This document shows positions 19,543-29,243 of a DNA stretch of 64,000 nt, piece by piece. This DNA comes from an uncultured Isosphaeraceae bacterium. GTDB taxonomy: Bacteria > Planctomycetota > Phycisphaerae > Phycisphaerales > SM1A02. The first letter of the stretch is position 1. Each line of letters starts with the position of its first letter. The DNA is taken from positions 4,450 to 68,449 of the forward strand of contig CAZFZT010000001.1 of assembly GCA_964523675.1 (NCBI GenBank). Reading direction: 5' to 3'. A program made the translations under genes and the position numbers. A model generated the notes under the pieces. It worked only from the letters and a program-made list of their open reading frames with translations, had not been told where the DNA came from and ran no database searches.

Positions 19543-22500
19543 TCAGTTGTTAACTCGGCCGCCCAGGATGCGCGAGATGGCGTCCGTAACGTCGGCGAAG
19601 GGCATGACCTGGATGTCTCGTTCGGCGATGGTGCCGTCGATTCGGACGGACGCAGTATCGGTCTGAATGGCGCCAATGAGTCGATCGAGACTCTTGACGC
19701 CGGGCAAGTCGAGATCGCGCAACGGTCGAACGACACCTGCAGCAACGCCGGAGATAGGAGAGTCAGCACCGCGCCAGATGTTCTCCAAGCGCAGACGTGC
19801 GACAATGTCCGTGCCGCGATTGAAATACGTCAGTCGGCGAATGTCGATGGCGTTGTTTTCGAGCCGGATGAACGCCTCGCCATAGCCGGTCGGCTCGGAC
19901 CTGCCGAAGTCAATGCGCAGCACGTTGTACAGCGCAGCAAAACCGGGGACAGCAACAAGATCGGACTGCTCGATCGACAGGTTCGCCTGCCCGAAGAGGC
20001 GAGGCCCGGTCATGCGCTCAACCTCTTCGCCCTCAAAGGTGGTAACGGTTTCGATTGCAGGACTGATCAAGTACCCTCCGACTGATCCCCAACCGGAAAT
20101 GCGGCCGGGTATGGGGCGTCGCTCATCTGAGTTCGTCATGAACCGCGCGATCTGTTCCAAGTCCAGATCGTCGAGCGTCACGTGTACATGGACGAAAGGA
20201 TCACCTTCATGCTGGGTGAGCCGGCCCCAGAAATCGATTGTCCCGCCTGCGAGATTGGCAGTGGCATGCTGGATCATCAAGCGATCGCGGCCGAGGTACG
20301 CTTCAACAGTGGCCGCCTCAATGGCAATCTCGCCGTAGTGTGAATCTTGAAGGGTCGCGCTAAGGTTGAGGCGGATGGGCTCGACCGCTCGAGGATCGTC
20401 GGTGCGCTGGGCGGAAAATGTACCGCTGCTGATTCCATCGAGCGGCAGGAACCGATCTGAGTACTGCGCCAGCAGGCCGAGATCAACACCGCTCCATTGC
20501 GCTTCGAGAACACTTTGTGACCACTGTTGCGGGTCGAGGTAAAGCGTACCGTTGCCGGTGGTTTCTCCCCCGAGCACATCCGCATGGAGCGTGTGCAGGT
20601 GGATCGTTCGGCCGAGTATGCCCGCTTGCAGATCGAACTCACCGATCGGTGCATCACGAAGAGATGCTGATCCAACGACCTTGAAATCACCGACAGCGCT
20701 GACGTCCGTGAGATCGATGTCGAGAGCGGCATCACCGGAAACGCGCCCCGTAACATCAAGTGCCGTTAGTTCCAATGGCCAGTCGGTGACGGCAACGTCG
20801 ACAGTGAGCGCGCTCAGGTCATTGAGATTCATTACAGCAGAGCCGCTCATCATGCCATCACCGTGTTCCAGCACGAGATCAGTAAAGTGTGCAGTCTGAC
20901 CCGCGATATAGACCTTGCCGCTTCCGCTTTCTGCTCGGAAGACGCGGCCGCGCAGATCGTCTGCCGCCCAGGAGCCCTCCACTTCCGCACGTGAAAACTC
21001 AAGATCAGGAATGAGTACCGCAACGGTGAGCGATGCAGTACCTGCGTACCCCGCCGGGCCACCGAGCATGGCGACGAGTCGCTCAATGTCCGCTGCATCG
21101 GCATCGACTGTGAGGGCGGCGCTGTGGAGTGCGCGACCGTACTTGCCGGTGACTTGCCAGGTGCCTCCAATGAACTCGAACGTGTCTGATTCGAAACGTG
21201 CTGATTCTGCGTCGACTTCACCATCCAATCGAACTGCTATCTCGTCGAACGTCCGTCCATTCCAGTCGAGTCCGACTGCGTTGATGATGCCGCCGATCTG
21301 AAGTTGGAGTGGTTGCAACTCGCCGCTGACGTTCATCTCGCCATGAAGCTGCCCAGTGACCATTGCGCTGGCATCAGGAATTCGCGTGTCGAACAGGAGT
21401 CGTGCTGAGAGCGGCGAGGGATCATCGGGCTGGTATCGTCCTGCGAGATGGAAATCGCCGTCTTGTGTGGTTACCACAAGTTGCTCCAGTTCAATAGCAC
21501 GATCGCCGGTTGCGCTGGAAGCCCGCAGGCGGAAATGAAGTGGCGCATTCTCAAGTCGATTCAGACTCACGGGTGGCGTCCAATTCGTTGCAGCGACATC
21601 GGCTGACCATGCATAGGTATCGAGATGAATCACGCCTCGACCTCGGAATGATGCATCGGCATCGCTATGCGCGGCTGAGGGCAGATCCAGATCTGTCAGT
21701 TGAAGCTGCCGATCCTGAATGATGAATCGGGCGAGAAGTCCGCTGAAATCGTAGAGGTCTTCTTCTACGGCAATGTCGAACTGCTTCGCCGCAACTCTTC
21801 CCCTCAAGGCGTTCCATGAACTCCCAGAGCCGACCAAACTGATTTCTGCATCCCATGTGCCTTGCGGAGTCGATCCTTGTGTGGAAAGGGTCGCATCCAG
21901 GGTTCTCGGACCGACGGCTGGAGTGGTGAAGTGGATGCCGATCGCGCCGTCATGGTCGGCTTCCCATTCAAGAAGCCGGCCCTCCCAGCGGACGCTTGCG
22001 TTGCCGCGCTCCTCACCGCCGTCCCACTCGCCGTTGATCTGCGCAGCTAAATGACCTTGCCGCCCCTCGCTCTGTGCATGAAGGCGCGAAACGCGCGTTT
22101 GCTGCGCCGCCATGTCGTGGATCACACTGCCGCGGAGAAGCCGGAGCGACTCAAGCTCCGGATGAAGCGCTGTGATGGCAAGATCGTGTGGCTCAATGGT
22201 GAGGGTTGATCCAGCGACGGCGAGCGTCACCGCACCGCGCGCTTCCATCTCCGCCGCAATGAAGCGATCAATCGAGAGCCGGCCGCGGACGCCATTATCG
22301 GTAAGCGCGCCATCCCATGTGGCAGCAATTGACAGGTTGCGCGGAATCTCCAGGACAGTGCTTGCGGAGCCGGCGTCATCTTGGCTTGTGAGTTCATCCT
22401 CCGGTTGCGCTTCGACGAGCTGCGTCAGTTCCTGCCGCCATGGATCCAGATACGGCGCGACGCGCTGAACGTCAAGTTCAAAATGGTGCGGCCAGCGGCC

Positions 22501-23130
22501 GCGCGGCGAAAGATGTCCGGAGGCGATCTGCTCCTGACCCAGGCGGGCATCGAACTGCCATGCCAGGGTCGAAGCGCTCGCTCCTTCGATAGAAAGCGGT
22601 GCGTACGTGATCACGCGATCGTGGGCAGCGCCGGCCGGAGCCGGATGAATGTCGATTTGCGCATTGCGTATCGAAATCGACGGAAGGTCGAACGTCTGGC
22701 GTGCACGACTTGCGGAATCGCGATGGATCTGGACGCTCTCGGTGATTGCAGCGGCACGAGCGACATTCCATGCGCCGGCCGCATCCTGACGAATGACCAG
22801 ATGCGGGGTCTCGACGATAGCTTCATCGATGACAATTCTGCGCAAGAGAATCAGACGGATGAGATCGGTGTGCGTGATCCGTAGCGACGAGATGGTGAGG
22901 AACGGATCGCGTTCGAGGGGAAGTGCGACGGTGATGCTTTGAAGTTCCGTTCGGCCACGCCATCCTGTCGACAATGAAGCCGCCTCGAATCGCAGGCCGG
23001 TGTTTTCGTGAAGCGCATCAAGGACCATTTGTCGCGGCAGATCTGTCATAAGCATGATCTGCACGGCCAGCGCAGCAAGGCCGAGCAACACGAAAAGCCC
23101 GATGATGAGGCGAAACACCCGTCGTCGCAT
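19543..23130 (-). CDS. Giant single-anchor envelope protein, AsmA/TamB-like
   Basis: N-terminal signal anchor MRRRVFRLIIGLFVLLGLAALAV, long beta-rich body, C-terminal segment reminiscent of the TamB DUF490 region (...IRLENNAIDIRRLTYFNRGTDIVARLRLE...). Confidence 0.6.
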   Translation of the reverse strand: MRRRVFRLIIGLFVLLGLAALAVQIMLMTDLPRQMVLDALHENTGLRFEAASLSTGWRGRTELQSITVALPLERDPFLTISSLRITHTDLIRLILLRRIVIDEAIVETPHLVIRQDAAGAWNVARAAAITESVQIHRDSASRARQTFDLPSISIRNAQIDIHPAPAGAAHDRVITYAPLSIEGASASTLAWQFDARLGQEQIASGHLSPRGRWPHHFELDVQRVAPYLDPWRQELTQLVEAQPEDELTSQDDAGSASTVLEIPRNLSIAATWDGALTDNGVRGRLSIDRFIAAEMEARGAVTLAVAGSTLTIEPHDLAITALHPELESLRLLRGSVIHDMAAQQTRVSRLHAQSEGRQGHLAAQINGEWDGGEERGNASVRWEGRLLEWEADHDGAIGIHFTTPAVGPRTLDATLSTQGSTPQGTWDAEISLVGSGSSWNALRGRVAAKQFDIAVEEDLYDFSGLLARFIIQDRQLQLTDLDLPSAAHSDADASFRGRGVIHLDTYAWSADVAATNWTPPVSLNRLENAPLHFRLRASSATGDRAIELEQLVVTTQDGDFHLAGRYQPDDPSPLSARLLFDTRIPDASAMVTGQLHGEMNVSGELQPLQLQIGGIINAVGLDWNGRTFDEIAVRLDGEVDAESARFESDTFEFIGGTWQVTGKYGRALHSAALTVDADAADIERLVAMLGGPAGYAGTASLTVAVLIPDLEFSRAEVEGSWAADDLRGRVFRAESGSGKVYIAGQTAHFTDLVLEHGDGMMSGSAVMNLNDLSALTVDVAVTDWPLELTALDVTGRVSGDAALDIDLTDVSAVGDFKVVGSASLRDAPIGEFDLQAGILGRTIHLHTLHADVLGGETTGNGTLYLDPQQWSQSVLEAQWSGVDLGLLAQYSDRFLPLDGISSGTFSAQRTDDPRAVEPIRLNLSATLQDSHYGEIAIEAATVEAYLGRDRLMIQHATANLAGGTIDFWGRLTQHEGDPFVHVHVTLDDLDLEQIARFMTNSDERRPIPGRISGWGSVGGYLISPAIETVTTFEGEEVERMTGPRLFGQANLSIEQSDLVAVPGFAALYNVLRIDFGRSEPTGYGEAFIRLENNAIDIRRLTYFNRGTDIVARLRLENIWRGADSPISGVAAGVVRPLRDLDLPGVKSLDRLIGAIQTDTASVRIDGTIAERDIQVMPFADVTDAISRILGGRVNN

Positions 23131-23181
23131 GGACAGTGAGGATAGGCGACCGTGTCAGCGGGCGCGGTAGGATCAACTGCG

Positions 23182-23901
23182 ATGCCTGCGAACACAATGT
23201 CGAAACAACCGGTCGCCATCATCACGGGGGCCGGATCAGGGATCGGCCGCGCAATATGCGTGCTCCTCGCCAAAGAGGGTTGGCGTGTTGCCCTTGCGGG
23301 TCGCAATCGCTCACCGCTGGAAGAGACGATTGAGCACATACATGCTGGCCCGGATCACGCGCTGGTGGTCACCACCGATGTCACTCACCCGCGGGAAGTA
23401 ACACACCTGGTCGAAGAGGTTGCAAGCCGGTTTGGTCGCATCGATGCCCTTGTCAACAATGCCGGGGCCGTTGAATCTTCTCCGATACCGGAGATGACGC
23501 AGGAACATCTCAAGCACATGTTTGCGGTCAACACGTTTGGGCCTGCACACCTGATTGCTCGTGTCTGGCCGGTGATGGCGAGGCAGGGGAGTGGATGTAT
23601 TGTCAATGTCTCAAGCATGTCTGCGGTCGATCCGTTTCCCGGACTTGCTTTCTATGGCGCGGCCAAGAGCGCTTTGCACGGCTTGACATGCGGCATCGTC
23701 AATGAAGGCGGTCCCCATAACATTCGCGGATTCACGGTCGCGCCTGGAGCGGTCGAGACACCGATGCTCCGCGGGTTGGTGTCGGAGGACGAACTGCCGC
23801 CTAGCGCGGTGCTCAAGCCGAACGATGTCGCCCAAGTCGTCGTCGAATGTATCCTCGGCCGAAGGGATGAGGATATCGGACGTCTCATTCAGGTCGCTTA
23901 G
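23182..23901 (+). CDS. Short-chain dehydrogenase/reductase (SDR)
   Basis: TGAGSGIGRA cofactor motif, NNAG, catalytic S...YGAAK. Confidence 0.9.
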   Translation: MPANTMSKQPVAIITGAGSGIGRAICVLLAKEGWRVALAGRNRSPLEETIEHIHAGPDHALVVTTDVTHPREVTHLVEEVASRFGRIDALVNNAGAVESSPIPEMTQEHLKHMFAVNTFGPAHLIARVWPVMARQGSGCIVNVSSMSAVDPFPGLAFYGAAKSALHGLTCGIVNEGGPHNIRGFTVAPGAVETPMLRGLVSEDELPPSAVLKPNDVAQVVVECILGRRDEDIGRLIQVA

Positions 23902-24107
23902 CGGGTTTTCACTCTCAAGGTCACCGGGAGACCAGACTACCGTGCGGTTTCTACCGTCTGCGCAGGTAATGAGGGGCGGCAAGTGGTCCGTACGGCTTGC
24001 AAGTGGGGTGTTTACATTCGATCTTTGGTGAGCGTGTCGCCCTGGCGTGCGGCACGCACACCATCGTTTGGATGCGATTCGGCGACCGCGTCGCCCCCGG
24101 AGATTGC

Positions 24108-25244
24108 ATGCTCCTTCGAGCACATCAGAGTGGATGCACTCAACCGCGGCTCCTGATCTTGAGCGATGACGCAGAACTCCTGCGGCTCATGATTGAGGGT
24201 TTGAACCGGCCGTGCATGAAGCCGGAACGGGTCGCTACTGACGACCCGTGCGGGGTCAGTTGCGAGTGCGGCCTTGACGGGCGGCCGTGCGTGCAAGTCA
24301 TCGATTCGCTGCACCGGCTCTATGAGGGTGATCTTGAACGTTGGGATGTTCTGCTCTGCGGAAGCATGCTCGACGACGGTTCGGGATTTGACGCGCTGGC
24401 TTTTGCGCGCGGAATGAGGCCCGACATGCCGGTCATCATGACCGCGCCGCCCGGTGAGTCGGCACTGGCCGTCGAAGCCATCCGGGCTGGAGCCGCAGAT
24501 GTCCTGCTGGCAACAGCAGGCAACATGCTCTCATTACCCCTCGCCATTGAAAAGTCGCTCGCCCAACATCGCACCAAGCGAGAGAATGAGCGGCTGCAGG
24601 CAGATCTTGCGAGGTCGGTGGCGGAGACAGCGGTGAAGAACCGGCAACTGGAGGCGCTGATCGAACAGCTCGAAACGATGGCGCGCACCGATGAATTGAC
24701 CGGGCTGTGCAATCGCAGATGGTTCAATCTGATGCTGGAGCGCGCTTGGGCGGAAGCGATCCGCAGCGGGACGCCTCTCGCATTCGCGATGATGGACCTG
24801 GACGGGTTCAAGACGATTAACGACCACCGTGGCCACCAGCGAGGCGATGAACTGCTCCGTCTCGCAGGTCGCGTCATTCAGGCCAACTCGCGCACCGTCG
24901 ATTTGCCGGCCCGGTACGGTGGGGATGAGTTCTGCATCTTGATGCCTCATACTCATGTCTGGGAGGCAGCCAAGGTCATGCAGCGCATTACAGATGCCTT
25001 TGCTGTTGCGATGCAGAAGATTGGCGAGGAAGGGCAATCGTTGAGCATGTCGGTCGGGGTCTCGCACATCGACGTCACCAGACCGTCGAATGCTGATCAG
25101 CTCGTCCTGCATGCTGACGAAGCGCTCTACGCAGCGAAAGACGCAGGCAAACGTTGCATCATGATCCGCGAGCCAAGGCAGGCGGTCCCATTTGAGGAGT
25201 CGGTTCAGTCTGGAGCGCCGGTTCTGCTGGCTCCGAAGCCCTAA
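24108..25244 (+). CDS. Diguanylate cyclase: degenerate receiver domain - coiled coil - GGDEF
   Basis: Intact GGDEF (RYGGDEFCIL) with an I-site-like RTVD five residues upstream. In the REC-like N-terminus the phospho-Asp position reads G (DVLLCGSML). The start is uncertain (ORF opens at 23997). Confidence 0.8.
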   Translation: MLLRAHQSGCTQPRLLILSDDAELLRLMIEGLNRPCMKPERVATDDPCGVSCECGLDGRPCVQVIDSLHRLYEGDLERWDVLLCGSMLDDGSGFDALAFARGMRPDMPVIMTAPPGESALAVEAIRAGAADVLLATAGNMLSLPLAIEKSLAQHRTKRENERLQADLARSVAETAVKNRQLEALIEQLETMARTDELTGLCNRRWFNLMLERAWAEAIRSGTPLAFAMMDLDGFKTINDHRGHQRGDELLRLAGRVIQANSRTVDLPARYGGDEFCILMPHTHVWEAAKVMQRITDAFAVAMQKIGEEGQSLSMSVGVSHIDVTRPSNADQLVLHADEALYAAKDAGKRCIMIREPRQAVPFEESVQSGAPVLLAPKP

Positions 25245-25732
25245 CTTCTCCTCACTGACATGGCGCGATCGATCTCGCGTCGTGTCTCACGCTTGGCGAT
25301 GTCCTGCCGCTTGTCAGTCCTGCCCTTTCCCTTGCCCAGCCCGACAAGCAGCTTGGCCCGGCCGCGCACGAAATAGACCTTGAGCGGCACCAGCGTGAAT
25401 CCCTTCTCACGACTCTTGGTCGCGAGCTTGTGGATTTCTCGTTTGTTGGCAAGCAGCACGCGCGTGCGCGTCGGTGCATGCTGATGGGCCTCGCCTGCTG
25501 GTGGGTACTCCGCAATGTGGGCGCTATGCAGGGTCAGGGCGAGCGGCGCCTCGGTCGCGCGGACATATCCCTCAGCCAAAGACATCTGGCCGGCACGGAC
25601 CGATTTGATCTCAGTGCCGGTGAGTTTGATACCGCACTCGAGCGTGTCCTCGATGAAGTAATCGTGCCGCGCCCGGCGATTTTCGATCGTCGGCTCGTTG
25701 GTCTTCGATTTCTCCTTCCCTGACTTGGCCAT
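25241..25732 (-). CDS. smpB: SsrA-binding protein
   Basis: NRRARHDYFIEDTLECGIKLTGTEIKSVR, ...LLANKREI.KL..K..EKGFTLVPLKVYF. Trimmed to ATG 25732 because the ORF extension runs through tRNA-Leu. Confidence 0.95.
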   Translation of the reverse strand: MAKSGKEKSKTNEPTIENRRARHDYFIEDTLECGIKLTGTEIKSVRAGQMSLAEGYVRATEAPLALTLHSAHIAEYPPAGEAHQHAPTRTRVLLANKREIHKLATKSREKGFTLVPLKVYFVRGRAKLLVGLGKGKGRTDKRQDIAKRETRREIDRAMSVRRS

Positions 25733-25820
25733 GAAGCACCAACATGGTGTGAATACGACAGCCGCCTGCGGCTTGGCGCGACCTGTTTCGAGGTCTAGTG
25801 CGCGAAGCCGCAAGCGGCGA

Positions 25821-25906
25821 ATGCCCAGGAGAGGACTCGAACCTCCACGGGATTTTACTCCCACCAGCACCTCAAGCTGACGCGTCTGCCAATTCCGCCA
25901 CCTGGG
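25821..25906 (-). tRNA. tRNA-Leu (anticodon GAG), long variable arm
   Basis: The reverse complement GCCCAGGTGGCGGAATTGGCAGACGCGTCAGCTTGAGGTGCTGGTGGGAGTAAAATCCCGTGGAGGTTCGAGTCCTCTCCTGGGCA folds as a class II tRNA. Confidence 0.95.
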
Positions 25907-26250
25907 CAGGTCCGGTTTGGGACGGGAAGTATATCGCGTTGGGCATGGTTGTCGAGTGGCGTCGAAGAGCTTGGCGCAGCGGGGCAAGACGCGCCGGCTG
26001 CCGCTGCTGGATGGCCGGAATGAGGACATCTTCCTTCTGCCTGCCCCTTCTTCGCCCCCTTCTTCAGTTCGTTCCTTGCGCACTCGACCCTTCTTTTTCC
26101 AGTCTGCACTGGCCTGAACCCGTTTTATGTGGCATCTTGTTGGTGTGGGAAACGAGAGTCGGCGCGGCGGTCGCGGCGACCAGGTACATCAACACGAACG
26201 CGCCTGCGGGAGGGGATTCCGGCAGGGGCGTGGAATGAAGGGATTCCAAC

Positions 26251-26523
26251 ATGGGGCCGCTTTACACAGCCATTATCCACTTGAGGGAGCCAGCGACACC
26301 GATCGTGCAACGGCTTGTGCTGCCGGCGCTGGGAGCAATTCCCGGAATTGGGGATACTGAGCACATTCCCGGTGAGGCCCTGCTCGCGGTCACCTTCGAT
26401 GCTGAGCGGGCCCGGCTGCCGGACATCATTCGCGTGATCGAGGATGCTGGCTCTCCGGTTGCAGCGGTGGGGCAGCGGCTGGCGCGCGTGGCTCGGCGTC
26501 TGCGTGGCCACGCGCGGACCTGA
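26251..26523 (+). CDS. Small hypothetical protein (90 aa) upstream of queE
   Basis: Open frame with plausible composition, ending 11 nt before queE. No recognised motif. Confidence 0.3.
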   Translation: MGPLYTAIIHLREPATPIVQRLVLPALGAIPGIGDTEHIPGEALLAVTFDAERARLPDIIRVIEDAGSPVAAVGQRLARVARRLRGHART

Positions 26524-26534
26524 TCGTCCTACGA

Positions 26535-27227
26535 TTGCGTGTGTCTGAGCCGACGCTGCGCATCAATGAAATTTTCTTCTCGATTCAGGGCGAATCGACT
26601 TGGGCCGGCTTGCCGTGCGTCTTTGTCCGGTTGACCGGCTGCCATTTGCGATGCACCTACTGCGACACGGAGTACGCCTTCCGCGAAGGGCAGACCTGCA
26701 CGGTCGAGTCGATCATCGACGAAGTAGCCGCGTATGAGTGCGATCTCGTGGAAGTGACGGGTGGCGAGCCGCTCAATCAAAAGCGCGTGCATGAACTGAT
26801 GGCCCGGCTTTGCGACCTCGGCAAGACGGTCCTGGTTGAAACCTCAGGCGCGGTGGACATCAGCAGCTGTGATCCGCGCGTCATCCGCATCATGGACCTC
26901 AAGACGCCCGGCAGCGGCGAGTGTGAGCGAAACCTGTGGAGCAACATCGAGCACCTCAATGAGCGCGATGAAGTGAAGTTCGTCATCACCAGCCGCGAGG
27001 ATTACGAATGGGCGCGGGATGTGATCGCCCGGCACAAGCTTTCAGGCAAGTGCGGAGCGGTGCTTATGTCGGCGGTGCATGAGCAGCCGGCAGGTCTGGA
27101 GATCGCCGGCTGCGAAGGGCTCAGCCAGCGCGATCTGGCTGAGTGGATTCTCGAGGATCGCCTGCCGGTGCGCATGCAGACGCAATTGCACAAGTTGATC
27201 TGGGATCCGCAGATGCGCGGCGTATGA
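26535..27227 (+). CDS. queE: 7-carboxy-7-deazaguanine synthase (radical SAM)
   Basis: INEIFFSIQGESTWAGLPCVFVRLTGCHLRCTYCDT (CxxxCxxC variant cluster), VEVTGGEPL. Confidence 0.9.
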   Translation: MRVSEPTLRINEIFFSIQGESTWAGLPCVFVRLTGCHLRCTYCDTEYAFREGQTCTVESIIDEVAAYECDLVEVTGGEPLNQKRVHELMARLCDLGKTVLVETSGAVDISSCDPRVIRIMDLKTPGSGECERNLWSNIEHLNERDEVKFVITSREDYEWARDVIARHKLSGKCGAVLMSAVHEQPAGLEIAGCEGLSQRDLAEWILEDRLPVRMQTQLHKLIWDPQMRGV

Positions 27228-27268
27228 TGCCTCTCCGCCGCTTGCGGCTTAGCAACACTCGCTCACTG

Positions 27269-27631
27269 ATGCGCGTCCGACTCATCAAATCCTTCGGCTT
27301 CGAGGCCGCCCACTTCCTGCCTTCATTCCCAGACGGCCACAAGTGCCGGCGCATGCACGGGCACTCGTTCCGCGTGGATGTCGTCGTCGAAGGCGACATC
27401 CCGCAGGGGCAGCACCATCTCATCGATTATGGCGAGATTCGCGCGGTTCTCGAACCGCTGCGCAGTCAACTCGATCATCACTGCTTGAATGACATCGAAG
27501 GGCTGGAAAATCCGACGAGCGAGATGATCGCGAAGTGGTTGTGGGATCGCATCAGGCCGCAACTGCCGCTGCTTGTGGAGATCCACGTGCATGAAACATG
27601 CACCAGCCGCTGCGAGTACCGCGGCGGGTGA
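27269..27631 (+). CDS. queD: 6-carboxy-5,6,7,8-tetrahydropterin synthase
   Basis: FGFEAAHFLP, CRRMHGHSF, DH.CLND, HETCTS. An alternative start at ATG 27224 overlaps the queE stop (ATGA). Confidence 0.9.
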   Translation: MRVRLIKSFGFEAAHFLPSFPDGHKCRRMHGHSFRVDVVVEGDIPQGQHHLIDYGEIRAVLEPLRSQLDHHCLNDIEGLENPTSEMIAKWLWDRIRPQLPLLVEIHVHETCTSRCEYRGG

Positions 27632-27671
27632 GATGCTTGCGGCTTTGTGCTGTCGCTGCGATCATCACAGC

Positions 27672-28364
27672 ATGAACATCTACGTCGAACACGACACCCG
27701 CACAATCGCCGCACTCACGCGGCACGAAGCGCCTGGCTGCGACGGCGTCATCGTCAAGCTCGGCGATCCGAGCGTCGTACTTGCATCTACCATGCGCTCC
27801 AATCCGCTGGGGAGCAATTGGCTCCTCGACGTTGACTGTCCCGGCGCGCGCATCGTTTCCTGGTCGGGAACGCTCGGCGAAATGCTCCTCGATGCAGAGC
27901 CGCGTAATTGGATGAAGCCCGGCTTTGATGCGCTTCGCGCATTTTGCGACGAAGTGTCGCCGCAACTCGTAGCGCATGAGCGCACGCTCTGCTTCCAACC
28001 GCACGCACGGCATGTGCTGAGCGATGTGCAGGCAGCAATGCGATTCCTCAATGATCGTGAGCAGGAGCCGTTCGAGATCGCGCTCGCGCCCGGGTCGCTG
28101 CTTGAAAGGTCCATGCTCGAGAAGATCGAAGATCATCTGCACCGCGCGTTTGAAGCGCTGGGCAGCAGGTGCTCGATGCTGGTACTGCACGACGCGTTGC
28201 CCGGCGAACAGGACGACGCGCCGCTCAACGCGGTGCCGCTTGGTCGAGGTGTTCTACCACAAGGGCTTGTGCGCGAGTTGATGGACCGCTATGTGCCGGA
28301 TGAGACGCCGATTGTGCTCATGCCGCAGGCGATAGATGAGCAGTTAGCGTGGCTTGCATCGTGA
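27672..28364 (+). CDS. Hypothetical protein; weak xylose-isomerase-like TIM-barrel flavour
   Basis: Directly follows queD. The antisense ORF 27552..28190 is Arg-rich and was rejected. No firm motif. Confidence 0.45.
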   Translation: MNIYVEHDTRTIAALTRHEAPGCDGVIVKLGDPSVVLASTMRSNPLGSNWLLDVDCPGARIVSWSGTLGEMLLDAEPRNWMKPGFDALRAFCDEVSPQLVAHERTLCFQPHARHVLSDVQAAMRFLNDREQEPFEIALAPGSLLERSMLEKIEDHLHRAFEALGSRCSMLVLHDALPGEQDDAPLNAVPLGRGVLPQGLVRELMDRYVPDETPIVLMPQAIDEQLAWLAS

Positions 28365-28413
28365 CGGATGGGTTGACCCAACCGCTGCGCGTAGCCGCAA
28401 GCGCCAAGTCGAT

Positions 28414-29130
28414 TCAGAACCCGCCGGAGCGCATCACGTCGAGTGATTTCGGGAACGGATAATTGGCGAACGCGCCGGTGGGAGCGCACTCCCACATGCC
28501 CAGTGAGGGGTATACATCGCCACGGTAGCCCGCTTCGAACATTGTGCGCAGGACGACCTCGAACGCTGGTTCATCTTCGCCACCATCGCGCAGCCGGTTT
28601 GATTTCGCGCCGAGGAAACTCACCGATGCACACGGCAGGCGGTCATAGCGTCCTTCGAGCATCTGAGCGACCTTGCGGAACCCTTTCTTAAGATCATCGA
28701 GCGTGAAATACTCGCGGCCAGGTGGCCTGAGCAGCGCCAGCACCGTCACCGCATCAAGGTCGTATTTGAGGACCAACACATCGTCTTCCGCCAGCGACTT
28801 CGAGAACGTCTTCGCATGAGCGGTAATCGTTTGCGCGTTCCACTGGCTGGTCGGAAGCAGTTCTGCAAGTTCTCCGATAATGCCGTGGCTGTTGTCATCA
28901 GGATTGACGCCACAGACAAGCGTGCGGTAGCGGTGCGCGAGGAGGTCCGCCAGGAGGTGCTGGCCCCATTGGATACGAATCCGATCGGGGTCGGTACTCG
29001 CGACGCGCGGATCGCCTGCGGGCAGAAGAATCACGCGATCGGCGCGCTGATCGGCTTGCAGCAGCAGATCGCCTTCTGCCTCGTAGATGCGCGGTTTGGA
29101 TGATTGAATCGCGGTCCGGGTCATGCTCAT
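28414..29130 (-). CDS. Hypothetical protein (238 aa)
   Basis: Good composition. The stretch LVCGVNPDDNSHGIIGEL faintly recalls macro-domain nucleotide-binding loops. This is not a confident assignment. Confidence 0.5.
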   Translation of the reverse strand: MSMTRTAIQSSKPRIYEAEGDLLLQADQRADRVILLPAGDPRVASTDPDRIRIQWGQHLLADLLAHRYRTLVCGVNPDDNSHGIIGELAELLPTSQWNAQTITAHAKTFSKSLAEDDVLVLKYDLDAVTVLALLRPPGREYFTLDDLKKGFRKVAQMLEGRYDRLPCASVSFLGAKSNRLRDGGEDEPAFEVVLRTMFEAGYRGDVYPSLGMWECAPTGAFANYPFPKSLDVMRSGGF

Positions 29131-29243
29131 TCTCCTCGTGATCGGTCTGCAGGCAGTATATCATGCCGTGGTTGCTTCCACATTGTCTGATATGCGCAAC
29201 GGCCCGAATCAGTTGCCGTTCTGACGTAATCTCGGAAACAAAT

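Noticed and set aside
25733-26083. N-terminal extension of the smpB ORF (280-aa version)
   Set aside because: The extension reads through tRNA-Leu (peptide RWRNWQTRQLEVLVGVKSRGGSSPLLGI). SmpB homology starts at MAKSGKEK (ATG 25732).
25907-26250. Possible tmRNA (ssrA) next to smpB
   Set aside because: I found no tRNA-like 5' GGGG...acceptor end, no 3' T-arm GGTTCGA..CCACCA end, and no tag reading frame on either strand. The region holds only a CT-rich periodic tract (26030-26100).
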